From contig CP002278.1 in assembly GCA_000166095.1 (NCBI GenBank), positions 180,001 to 212,000 on the forward strand: DNA of 32,000 bases. Direction: 5' to 3'. The first letter of the stretch is position 1. Every line of letters starts with the position of its first letter. A program made the translations under genes and the position numbers. Positions 21,101-29,231 of the stretch are shown one piece after another. This stretch comes from Methanothermus fervidus DSM 2088 (GTDB lineage Archaea > Methanobacteriota > Methanobacteria > DSM-2088 > Methanothermaceae). The notes beneath the pieces were generated by a model. That model saw only the letters and a program-made list of their open reading frames with translations, was not told the origin of the DNA and ran no database searches.

Positions 21101-21754
21101 TTATTCTTTCCATCCATATTTACCAATAAGGGGTACGAATGCAACTCCCCCTAAATTATGCGTTTCATATTTATTTTCTTTTATCTTTTCAACTAAAATG
21201 AGATTTTGATAAAATCTACTACTCCCCACAGGTATTAATAATTTTCCTCCAACCTTTAATTGTTTTTTTAAAGGAGGAGGTATTTGCGGAGCAGAAGCAG
21301 TTACATATATACGATCATATGGTGCTGCATCTGGGTAGCCAAGTGTACCATCTCCAAATATTACTGTCACTCTGTCATCATACCCAAGTCTCTTTAAATT
21401 ATTTTTTGCCATATTGTATAATGATTTTATGCGTTCTATACTATAAACATGGCCTTCTTTCCCCACAATTTCAGCCACAACAGCAGCATTGTATCCACAG
21501 CCTGCTCCAATCTCAAGAACTTTCATCCCTTTCTTAAGATCAAGAACTTCACATATCATTGCAACCATATGTGGTGCTGAGACTGTTTGTCCTTCTCCAA
21601 TTGGTAATGGCTGATCTAAATATGCATATCGCCTCTGATCAGGTGGTAAGAATTCTTCCCTAGGTACTTTTTCCATTGCTTTTCTAACAGCCTCAGATTT
21701 TATATATCCCATCTCAACAAGCTCTCTTATCAATCTTTCTTTCTCATTTTTCAA
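21101..21754 (-). CDS. pcm: Protein-L-isoaspartate O-methyltransferase
   Basis: 217 aa. [14 protein letters not shown] motif [13 protein letters not shown] and C-terminal [15 protein letters not shown] start overlaps the upstream stop (TTGA). Confidence 0.92.
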   Translation of the reverse strand: MKNEKERLIRELVEMGYIKSEAVRKAMEKVPREEFLPPDQRRYAYLDQPLPIGEGQTVSAPHMVAMICEVLDLKKGMKVLEIGAGCGYNAAVVAEIVGKEGHVYSIERIKSLYNMAKNNLKRLGYDDRVTVIFGDGTLGYPDAAPYDRIYVTASAPQIPPPLKKQLKVGGKLLIPVGSSRFYQNLILVEKIKENKYETHNLGGVAFVPLIGKYGWKE

Positions 21755-22374
21755 CTAATCACCAAAGAAGTTAGATCATATTTATATGGAGCATCTGGCT
21801 TTAGAGGAACTGTATATAATCTTTTTATATTCTTAGCTTTATCAGAACCAGTTCTTATTGTTTTCTTTTTGGTTCTTATAGCTCTTATCTTAACTACATG
21901 TTTACCTATTTTTATTGTGTCACCTATCCCAAAAGTAAGATTCCTATCAACCTCTAATTTTTTAGATAATATTTCACCACCAAAGTCAATTGATAATCCT
22001 ATTCTTGCAGGTTTTTCTAATGTGACAGTCCAAAGAGTATCTATATCCTGTGCTTTACATTTTTTAACTCTGGTACCATCACTTTTTTCAATAGATGTTA
22101 TTTTTGATGCTCCACTTTCAGTTTGTATTATATCTCCAACAGAAAATTTTTTACTTGGTAATACAAAAATTTTTTCTTTCCAAGATTTTTCATATTTACT
22201 TACAATTACATTTATTTTTATTGGTATTTCACGTCCTAAAACATCTCTAAAGACTGTGTCACACTTCCTACATCTAAACAATGCTCTTTTAATTTCTTTA
22301 TGTTTCTTTATTTCTGTTTCAGACTTTAAAATCTCAAGATCTCTTGATCCACAATTAGGACATTTCATACTCAT
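21751..22374 (-). CDS. Conserved archaeal Zn-ribbon protein of unknown function
   Basis: 207 aa. N-terminal CPNC...CRKC four-Cys ribbon followed by a beta-rich basic region. Translationally coupled to pcm. It may belong to the 'HVO_0476 family zinc finger' group, but I cannot verify that. Confidence 0.6.
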   Translation of the reverse strand: MSMKCPNCGSRDLEILKSETEIKKHKEIKRALFRCRKCDTVFRDVLGREIPIKINVIVSKYEKSWKEKIFVLPSKKFSVGDIIQTESGASKITSIEKSDGTRVKKCKAQDIDTLWTVTLEKPARIGLSIDFGGEILSKKLEVDRNLTFGIGDTIKIGKHVVKIRAIRTKKKTIRTGSDKAKNIKRLYTVPLKPDAPYKYDLTSLVIS

Positions 22375-22381
22375 TCCTCAT

Positions 22382-22870
22382 TTAAAAAGAATGTTGATTT
22401 CTCTTTAAATATTGTATAATTCCTCCTGCTTTCAAAATATCAAGAATAAATTTATTATATGGCTTTGCTTTAAACACTTTCCCTGTTGTTACATTATGTA
22501 TAATCCCTTCCTCCAATTTAATTTCTAAAAGATCACCGTCACTAGCATTTACATTTGAAATAATTGCTGGTAGTCCTATATTTATAGAATTTCTAAAAAA
22601 TATTCTGGCAAACGATTTAGCGACGATGGCCGAAATGCCTAAATGTTTAAGTACTTTTGCCGCCTGTTCCCTAGATGATCCACATCCAAAATTATTTCCA
22701 GCCACTATTATGTCACCTTTTTTAACTTTTTTTGGAAATTCAGGCCTTATTGGTTCCATTGCATGAGATGCTAGCTCATCTAAATTAAAAGTTCTTAAAT
22801 ACCTTCCAGGGATTATTGTATCTGTATCGATATTGTCACCAAATTTCCAAACTTTACCTTTGATTATCAT
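22382..22870 (-). CDS. hacB: Aconitase-family small subunit (LeuD/HacB type); loop sequence suggests homoaconitase (coenzyme B pathway)
   Basis: 162 aa. N-terminal GKVWKFGDNIDTDTIIPGRYLRT and GNNFGCGSSREQA. As I recall, the YLRT loop is the specificity determinant described for M. jannaschii HACN small subunit MJ1271 versus IPMI MJ1277. The hacB versus leuD choice is moderate-confidence only. Confidence 0.65.
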   Translation of the reverse strand: MIIKGKVWKFGDNIDTDTIIPGRYLRTFNLDELASHAMEPIRPEFPKKVKKGDIIVAGNNFGCGSSREQAAKVLKHLGISAIVAKSFARIFFRNSINIGLPAIISNVNASDGDLLEIKLEEGIIHNVTTGKVFKAKPYNKFILDILKAGGIIQYLKRNQHSF

Positions 22871-23841
22871 TTTTTAATTTCAGCTCCTTTGTTTTGTGCA
22901 TTAGTTATTATAACCTCACCTTCATCTCCTATCACTTCTCTAGCTGCATTTGCAATGTCTTTTGCATTACTATCTGTAATTCCATATACGGTTGGGCCAA
23001 ATGAGCTCATACCAGCACATACTGCACCAGCGCTTTTCATATTTTCTATAATTTTGTCTACATATTTACTTTGCAATTCTCTTTCTATTTTTTTGAAACC
23101 TAAATTTTGAATTTTGTTTATACAATCTCCGAACTCTTCTATATCTTTCTCAATCAATGCAGGCAACATTTTCATGAGTATTATGTGACATATTTTCTCA
23201 ACATCTCTTAATGGGATGGGACAATATTTTTTAAAAATATTAACTTCCTTGTTTCCAGATATTGACCTACCACTATATGGCATTGCAACTATAATTTTCC
23301 AATCTTTTGGAAAATTGTAATTTACAAGAATTGGAGGTGGAGAAGCCTTGGAAGCTGAAGATGGAAGAAAATCCTTTTTTTCTGATGTACTATGTCCACC
23401 ATCTACAATAAATCCACCATTTTCAAAAGCTGCTACTCCTATCCCAGATGTTCCTCCACGACCAACTATTTTTGCTAGTGATCTTGCATCACATTCATAA
23501 CCTAAATAATGACTTATTATTTTTGCTGTTGCCAGTGCAGTTTGTGTTCCTGATCCTAATCCTGCATGTGCTGGATATGTTTTTTTTACATTAAACTCAA
23601 AATTAGTATTTTCATCAAAATAATCTAGAGTTTTTTCCGTAGCCATTTTTATTTTATTTATATATTCTTTTTCACTATAAACTTTACCACTAAATTCTAT
23701 CTTACTTCTCTCTGCAGGTTCACCTTTTATTACAATAGATGGTTTTTTCAATGTAATTCCAATTCCACCATCAATTCTTCCTATTTTTCCATTTAAATCT
23801 ATTAAAGTTATATGCAACCTTGAAGGTGTTTTTACTTCCAT
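22867..23841 (-). CDS. mptG: Beta-ribofuranosylaminobenzene 5'-phosphate synthase (methanopterin biosynthesis), GHMP-kinase fold
   Basis: 324 aa. N-terminal TPSRLHITLIDLNG...GGIGITL and GHMP motif GLGSGTQTALA. ATGA overlap with the downstream hacB-like gene. Confidence 0.85.
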   Translation of the reverse strand: MEVKTPSRLHITLIDLNGKIGRIDGGIGITLKKPSIVIKGEPAERSKIEFSGKVYSEKEYINKIKMATEKTLDYFDENTNFEFNVKKTYPAHAGLGSGTQTALATAKIISHYLGYECDARSLAKIVGRGGTSGIGVAAFENGGFIVDGGHSTSEKKDFLPSSASKASPPPILVNYNFPKDWKIIVAMPYSGRSISGNKEVNIFKKYCPIPLRDVEKICHIILMKMLPALIEKDIEEFGDCINKIQNLGFKKIERELQSKYVDKIIENMKSAGAVCAGMSSFGPTVYGITDSNAKDIANAAREVIGDEGEVIITNAQNKGAEIKK

Positions 23842-23845
23842 GATA

Positions 23846-25336
23846 TCACTTCTTCAAAGGCTTAGAAAATTTTTTCTCAATTATTTCTCTATGAATTGAA
23901 TTCATACTACAGAAAGGTATTATACGACCATCAGGAGTTGCATAATGTATTATACACCTTTTTACACGTTCAATATCAAAATTCCATGGATCCATAAAAT
24001 GCATGCATGATATTAATAAACTTTTGTAATGGAAATCTCCAAGTGCTTCATATGATCTTTCTTTGAAAATTGACAATATTAATTTTTTCATATCAATAGA
24101 TTTTGGTACTTTGGACATCTCCATTATTTTTCTTAAATTAAATGCTAGTCTACCAATTGCTTTAGCTTTTCCTCTAACACCTTTACCTTCAATATCTTTT
24201 TTAAGTTTGTACATTAATTCAAAGAACTCATCCACATTTATGAATCTTGTTATAGGTACAACCTCGTCATCATCTATGAATATATATGTTGCTGCTCCAC
24301 AATGTTGATGACATGTGAATTTCACTTGAGCTTCCCCTTCAAGTGCTTCAATTAATTCTGATATTGGAACTACTGATGATGCAGGATAAAAGTCATCGAC
24401 AGTTATCATGCCTTCCGTCTGTTTTTCAACTAATTTCATAAAGTCAGGTATAGTTATCCTTCCTTCTTCAACATCGTTACTATGAGTTCTTCCTGTAAAG
24501 GAGACGGGTTGAAATGTAATACCACGAATTACATCATGATTATCAATAGCAAACTTAATAATATCGCCTATTTCATGATCATTAACACCCTTAACTAATG
24601 TTGGAACTAATACAATTCCTAAACCAGCCTTCCTACAATTTTCAATTGCATCTAATTTTATAGGTAAGAGATCTTTTCCTCTCAAAGTGATATATGGGTC
24701 ACTAGTAACACCATCAAACTGTAAATAAACGGTGTTTAAACCAGCATTTCTTAGTTTTTTTGGGAATGAAGGATCTTTTCCTAATTTCAATCCATTTGTA
24801 GCTATTTGGACATGTGTAAATCCTTCTTCTCTAGCCAATTTTATTAACTCTAAAATGTCTTTTCTAACTGTTGGTTCTCCTCCAGCATACTGGATTGCAG
24901 GAGTAGGGACGGGTTTATTATTTCTTAGAAGTCTTAACATTTTCCTTATTTCCTCATAAGATGGTTCATATAGATATCCGGATGTAGCAGCATTTGCAAA
25001 ACAAGTAGGACATCTTAGATTACATCTGTTAGTTACATCTATTAGCCCCAATACTGTGTGGCTTTTATGCATTTGACAAAGTCCACAATCTTGAGGACAA
25101 TTTTTTCCATTTGTTTGTGGATTTTTTATTCCATCCCCAACATGTTCATATTTCTCAAATTTTTCATATAATTTGCTATCACTCCAATATGTATTCTTAA
25201 AAGTACCGTGTTCTGGACATTTCTTTGTTATGATGATTCTATTATCTTCTTCAGATATTTCTGCATCAATAGTTTTTAAACATTTAGGACACAAACTTTT
25301 TGTTTTCTTTTTAAGCACATTTTCACCTTCTATCAC
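23846..25336 (-). CDS. Radical SAM enzyme of the MJ0619 / tetraether lipid synthase (Tes, GDGT-MAS) type
   Basis: About 496 aa. N-terminal CPKC...CPEHG metal-site-like motif, CPQDCGLC auxiliary-cluster-like motif and CNLRCPTC radical SAM motif, followed by GGEPT. The start is ambiguous. GTG 25336 has no RBS, whereas GTG 25318 is preceded by AGGTGA. Confidence 0.65.
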   Translation of the reverse strand: MIEGENVLKKKTKSLCPKCLKTIDAEISEEDNRIIITKKCPEHGTFKNTYWSDSKLYEKFEKYEHVGDGIKNPQTNGKNCPQDCGLCQMHKSHTVLGLIDVTNRCNLRCPTCFANAATSGYLYEPSYEEIRKMLRLLRNNKPVPTPAIQYAGGEPTVRKDILELIKLAREEGFTHVQIATNGLKLGKDPSFPKKLRNAGLNTVYLQFDGVTSDPYITLRGKDLLPIKLDAIENCRKAGLGIVLVPTLVKGVNDHEIGDIIKFAIDNHDVIRGITFQPVSFTGRTHSNDVEEGRITIPDFMKLVEKQTEGMITVDDFYPASSVVPISELIEALEGEAQVKFTCHQHCGAATYIFIDDDEVVPITRFINVDEFFELMYKLKKDIEGKGVRGKAKAIGRLAFNLRKIMEMSKVPKSIDMKKLILSIFKERSYEALGDFHYKSLLISCMHFMDPWNFDIERVKRCIIHYATPDGRIIPFCSMNSIHREIIEKKFSKPLKK

Positions 25337-25404
25337 TTTTGCATGATTATGATTTTTATAGAGCCAAATATAAATTTAAGGAAATAAAAATTGGAGAGAA
25401 TTAT

Positions 25405-25908
25405 ATGGAATTGATTGGTGAGATAATTAATGCTATATTTTTTATATTACCAGCATATATTGCTAACGTAACTGCACTTATCTTTGGTGGAGGTTTGCCT
25501 TTAGATTTTGGAGTTCATTTTATTGATAAAAAAAGATTAATTGGAGACGGTGTTACATGGAAAGGTACTTTAGCTGGAACTTTCTTTGGAACTTTAACAG
25601 GGTTTGTTGAAGGTTTGTTAGTTGGAGAAGTTATGCATAGAACTACTTTAGGATTTCTCCTAGGGTTTGGTGCATTGCTTGGTGATGCATTTGGAAGTTT
25701 CATTAAAAGAAGATTAGGTATAGAGAGAGGCAAACCTGCTCCAATTCTTGATCAGCTGGACTTTGTGGCCGGTGCATTATTATTGGGATCTATTGTCACT
25801 TTACCACCAGCTGAGGTAATATTATTTGTAATAATAATAACCATTATTCTCCATATTTTCACAAATATTATAGCCTATATTTTAAAAATTAAGGATGTTT
25901 GGTATTGA
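25405..25908 (+). CDS. carS: CDP-archaeol synthase (CDP-2,3-bis-O-geranylgeranyl-sn-glycerol synthase, DUF46)
   Basis: 167 aa polytopic membrane protein. LPAYIANVTALIFGGG...DGVTWKGTLAG...GDAFGSFIKRRLGI...PAPILDQLDF matches the CarS signature. Start moved to ATG 25405 with a GGAGAG RBS at 25393-25398. Confidence 0.85.
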   Translation: MELIGEIINAIFFILPAYIANVTALIFGGGLPLDFGVHFIDKKRLIGDGVTWKGTLAGTFFGTLTGFVEGLLVGEVMHRTTLGFLLGFGALLGDAFGSFIKRRLGIERGKPAPILDQLDFVAGALLLGSIVTLPPAEVILFVIIITIILHIFTNIIAYILKIKDVWY

Positions 25909-26911
25909 GATGTTTACTCATCATTATTGCAGATCCTATTGCAGGCATCACTGTGCACTCTTCTTCTGAGAAAAATTTGTCTAACCTTATATTTTCTATT
26001 CCTAAAACATCACATGCTTTTTCTGCAAGCTCCATTCCAAGACCAGTAGTAACAATTAAATTTAATCTTTCCCTGCTTACAACTTCACTAATTGCATCTG
26101 AAACCTGAAGTACTTGTCTATCAGCTATATATTTGCATATTGATAGTATGTCTTTCTTACTCAGTATGTCCATGTCTGCACAAACAACCTTTGCTATTCT
26201 CCTCATAGCATCTTTCTTTGTTTTTCCTCTTCCATCTGGGGTATCACATACATAATCTTTTTTATCTATGTTACCTAATATCAAATGTACATCTGCAGTT
26301 ATTGCAAAAAGTTCAGATGAAACACGGTACCATTTATCATCAATAGGGACCCTGTCAACAATAGTTGCCACATTAGTCCTAAGCATGCCGGTATATACTA
26401 GTTCTCCAGTGTTTAATCTTTCAATATCATATTTACCTCTAGCAGCTTCAGAACCATTTCTTATAGGTATGATGTCTGTGGTAGTACTTCCAATATCAAC
26501 AAGAATACAATCTTCCACAATTCTTCCTACAAGTTCTGCAGTTGCAACCCAATTAGCTGAGGCAACTTTTATTGGATCCTTTTTTGCCTCGTTTGGAGTT
26601 AATATCCCAGAAAAGCTTATATACCCTGTAGGGGCATTTGAAACATTTTCAACTATGTTTAAAATATCTAAAACTCCTTCTTTTTTGTTTTTGTATGCAT
26701 CGCTAAGTTCTGCAGTCATTGTAACTCCTATTCCATCTATTTTACTTTCTTTCTCTAAAAATCCTTTGATAGTATCTTTTAACTTTTCTTTTTCTTTCCA
26801 CACTGGCAGATATTCAAAATCTACATCTATTCTTTTTATTTTATCCTTTTCGAATTCTACTAATGCAAAATCTGTGTTGGCCCCTCCTATATCAAATCCC
26901 ACAATTTTCAT
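25889..26911 (-). CDS. ASKHA-fold hydantoinase/oxoprolinase-like protein ('H4MPT-linked C1 transfer pathway protein' family); reaction unknown
   Basis: 340 aa. N-terminal MKIVGFDIGGANTD phosphate-1 motif and a second VDIGSTTTDI motif. Its length and adjacency to an ATP-grasp gene match the family found in methanogens and methylotrophs. Confidence 0.7.
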   Translation of the reverse strand: MKIVGFDIGGANTDFALVEFEKDKIKRIDVDFEYLPVWKEKEKLKDTIKGFLEKESKIDGIGVTMTAELSDAYKNKKEGVLDILNIVENVSNAPTGYISFSGILTPNEAKKDPIKVASANWVATAELVGRIVEDCILVDIGSTTTDIIPIRNGSEAARGKYDIERLNTGELVYTGMLRTNVATIVDRVPIDDKWYRVSSELFAITADVHLILGNIDKKDYVCDTPDGRGKTKKDAMRRIAKVVCADMDILSKKDILSICKYIADRQVLQVSDAISEVVSRERLNLIVTTGLGMELAEKACDVLGIENIRLDKFFSEEECTVMPAIGSAIMMSKHLNTKHP

Positions 26912-27896
26912 CTATTCTCACCAATTTTAAATCCTTGTCTTCTTTTTTAAATTCAATACAACTCTTTGCGTTGATACTAACTTCAGAAGGTAAAATACCT
27001 TCTACAGAATTAATTATAGCTTCTCCAAGATTGAAATTAACTAATTCTCTTAAGGCAATATATGGTGTAGTTACTCTTGAATTTATTTCAACAACATATA
27101 CTCTATCAGAAACTACTAAATCTACACCTACATATCCTTTTATTCCATCTATGCTTTCAACAGCATTCTTAGCTGTTTTCATAATTGATTTAGCGTTTGG
27201 ATGTTTATATGGGACTAATCCACCTAAATATCTCATTTTTCCGTTTTTTATTGATATGTATTGTCTGTTAAGTGATATTGGCACCGCAATTTTACCATTG
27301 GATAATAGACTAACACTTACATGTTTTCCTTCTATAAATTTTTGCAATAAGTATTTTTCATTGTCAATTTTTTTAAGGCTTAATTCTTCAATTGAATCCA
27401 AAATTTTTATATTTTGACAAGATACACCATCTCTTGGTTTTAAAACCAATTTACCATCTATTTTTTCTTTTTTATAATTTTTAACTTTATATGTTTCTAT
27501 TACATTAACTTTATTTTTTAAAGATTTGTATGTGAGCCATTTATCTGAACATTTCAAAACTGCATCACTATTAGATCCTATTATTTTTATTCCAGAATCT
27601 TCAATCAATTTTGTTAATTTATAAAGTTCCATGTCACTTTCTGGAGCCACAAAAAAACATGAATTAAAATTTGAAATATTTTTTTCAAGCCAATCATAAA
27701 TACTTTCATTTTTCTTTAAAAATAATGGCCTTATAGTTTTGAATTTTCTTATTTCACCTATATTTTCTGATATCAAATAACAAGCATCTAAGCCATCAAG
27801 GTCCTTAAGAATTGCTTCTAACATTGCTTTTCCTTCAATTAATAGTTCTGGATCATTGAGACCTTGGGCAGTTGCATACTCAAATACAAGTATCAA
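26892..27896 (-). CDS. ATP-grasp ligase, COG1821/MfnD-like (possible tyramine-L-glutamate ligase of methanofuran biosynthesis)
   Basis: 334 aa. N-terminal MILVFEYATAQG. Central ATP-grasp elements (LVLKPRDGVSCQNI, LLQKFIEGKHVSVSLL, GYVGVDLVV...YVVEINSRVTTPY). TTG start overlaps the wecC stop (TTGA). The specific substrate is not provable from sequence. Confidence 0.6.
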   Translation of the reverse strand: MILVFEYATAQGLNDPELLIEGKAMLEAILKDLDGLDACYLISENIGEIRKFKTIRPLFLKKNESIYDWLEKNISNFNSCFFVAPESDMELYKLTKLIEDSGIKIIGSNSDAVLKCSDKWLTYKSLKNKVNVIETYKVKNYKKEKIDGKLVLKPRDGVSCQNIKILDSIEELSLKKIDNEKYLLQKFIEGKHVSVSLLSNGKIAVPISLNRQYISIKNGKMRYLGGLVPYKHPNAKSIMKTAKNAVESIDGIKGYVGVDLVVSDRVYVVEINSRVTTPYIALRELVNFNLGEAIINSVEGILPSEVSINAKSCIEFKKEDKDLKLVRIDENCGI

Positions 27897-29200
27897 ATGC
27901 GACCAACCCCTCTAAATAAAATACCTTTACGCAGAAAACCATTGGGCTTAAGTAAGGGCCGTGCACAAATAAATATTGAATTTTGAATCATTTCTGGAGA
28001 TATTTTACGATAATCATCATGGTCAGCCATAAGTACTATACAATCACAATTTAACACTTCATTTAATGTGGCAGGCTTTGCACCCATTTTTTCTATCTCT
28101 TCATCAGATACATAAGGATCGTGGGCAAGCACAGTAGCTCCAAAATTTATGAGTTCATTTATTAAAGGTTTTGATGGCGTTCTTCGAGTATCAGAAACAT
28201 TTCCCTTATATGCAACGCCTAATATTCCAATAGTACTTCCTTTTAAATTTTTACCTTTCTCTTTCAGTGATCTTTTAATCATTTTGAAAACATGGAAAGG
28301 CATGTATTCATTGATCTCTCTAGCAGTTCTAATTAGTTTAGCATCTATTCCTTTTTTCTTAGCAACATCGACAATGAAGTAAGGGTCAACTGATAAACAA
28401 TGTCCACCAACACCAGGTCCTGGTGTATGAATATTAACTCTTGGGTGATAGTTTGCAGCATTTATTGCATCAATTGCATCTACACCTAAAGATTCGCATA
28501 TCATTGCGAATTCATTGGCTAGAGCTATATTAACATCTCTATATGTGTTTTCCATTAATTTAACCATTTCAGCTGTAACTAAATCCTTCACAATAATGGT
28601 TTTGCCACATGTAATATGTTTGTAAAGTTTGGCAGTTCTCTTAGCTGTTTTTTTGTCACTGGCGCCTATAACTCTTGCGTTATGAGTCATTTCATAAAGT
28701 GTATTATGCGGCAATGCTCTCTCTGGTGTATAAGCAACTCCAAAATCTTTAACAACATTGAGTCCACTTTTTTCTAGAATAGGTATAACAACATTGTCAC
28801 AAGTTCCTGGAGGAACTGTACTTTCAACTATAACTAAATCTCCTTTTTTTAAACCGCGTGAAATAGTTCTACATGCTGAAGAAATGTAAGTTAAATCAGG
28901 TCTATTTTTTTCAGTCACCGGAGTTGGAACAACAATTATAATTATCTTTGCTTTTTTTGCTGCTTCAACGCCATCCATAGTCGCTGTTAATTTTCCATTT
29001 TTAACTACTCTTTCCACAAGTTCATCAAGTCCAGGCTCAAGAATATGAGATTTACCTTCATTTACGCTTTTTACAACTTCTTCATTTATATCAACGCCAA
29101 TTACATCAAATCCTTTGTCTGCAAAAAGAGCAGCTGCCGGAAGACCAATATGTCCTAATCCAAATACTGCAATTTTAGGTTTATTTTTCAACATGACCAT
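27893..29200 (-). CDS. wecC: UDP-N-acetyl-D-mannosamine dehydrogenase (nucleotide-sugar dehydrogenase family)
   Basis: 435 aa. Rossmann IAVFGLGHIGLP. Catalytic Cys region GPGVGGHCLSVDP. C-terminal UDP-binding domain GVAYKGNVSDTRRTP. Confidence 0.85.
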   Translation of the reverse strand: MVMLKNKPKIAVFGLGHIGLPAAALFADKGFDVIGVDINEEVVKSVNEGKSHILEPGLDELVERVVKNGKLTATMDGVEAAKKAKIIIIVVPTPVTEKNRPDLTYISSACRTISRGLKKGDLVIVESTVPPGTCDNVVIPILEKSGLNVVKDFGVAYTPERALPHNTLYEMTHNARVIGASDKKTAKRTAKLYKHITCGKTIIVKDLVTAEMVKLMENTYRDVNIALANEFAMICESLGVDAIDAINAANYHPRVNIHTPGPGVGGHCLSVDPYFIVDVAKKKGIDAKLIRTAREINEYMPFHVFKMIKRSLKEKGKNLKGSTIGILGVAYKGNVSDTRRTPSKPLINELINFGATVLAHDPYVSDEEIEKMGAKPATLNEVLNCDCIVLMADHDDYRKISPEMIQNSIFICARPLLKPNGFLRKGILFRGVGRI

Positions 29201-29231
29201 GCCTCACTAGTGCAAATTAACTATATTGGTT

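Noticed and set aside
21869-22408. 179-aa plus-strand ORF opposite the Zn-ribbon gene
   Set aside because: This is the same antisense-shadow pattern. The minus-strand gene has a clear Zn-ribbon and translational coupling to pcm, whereas this ORF has none of these features.
26268-27417. Two long plus-strand ORFs (220 aa and 184 aa) opposite the ASKHA and ATP-grasp genes
   Set aside because: They are antisense shadows of strongly supported minus-strand genes. They have low-complexity S/I/L/F composition, no RBS and no recognisable motifs.
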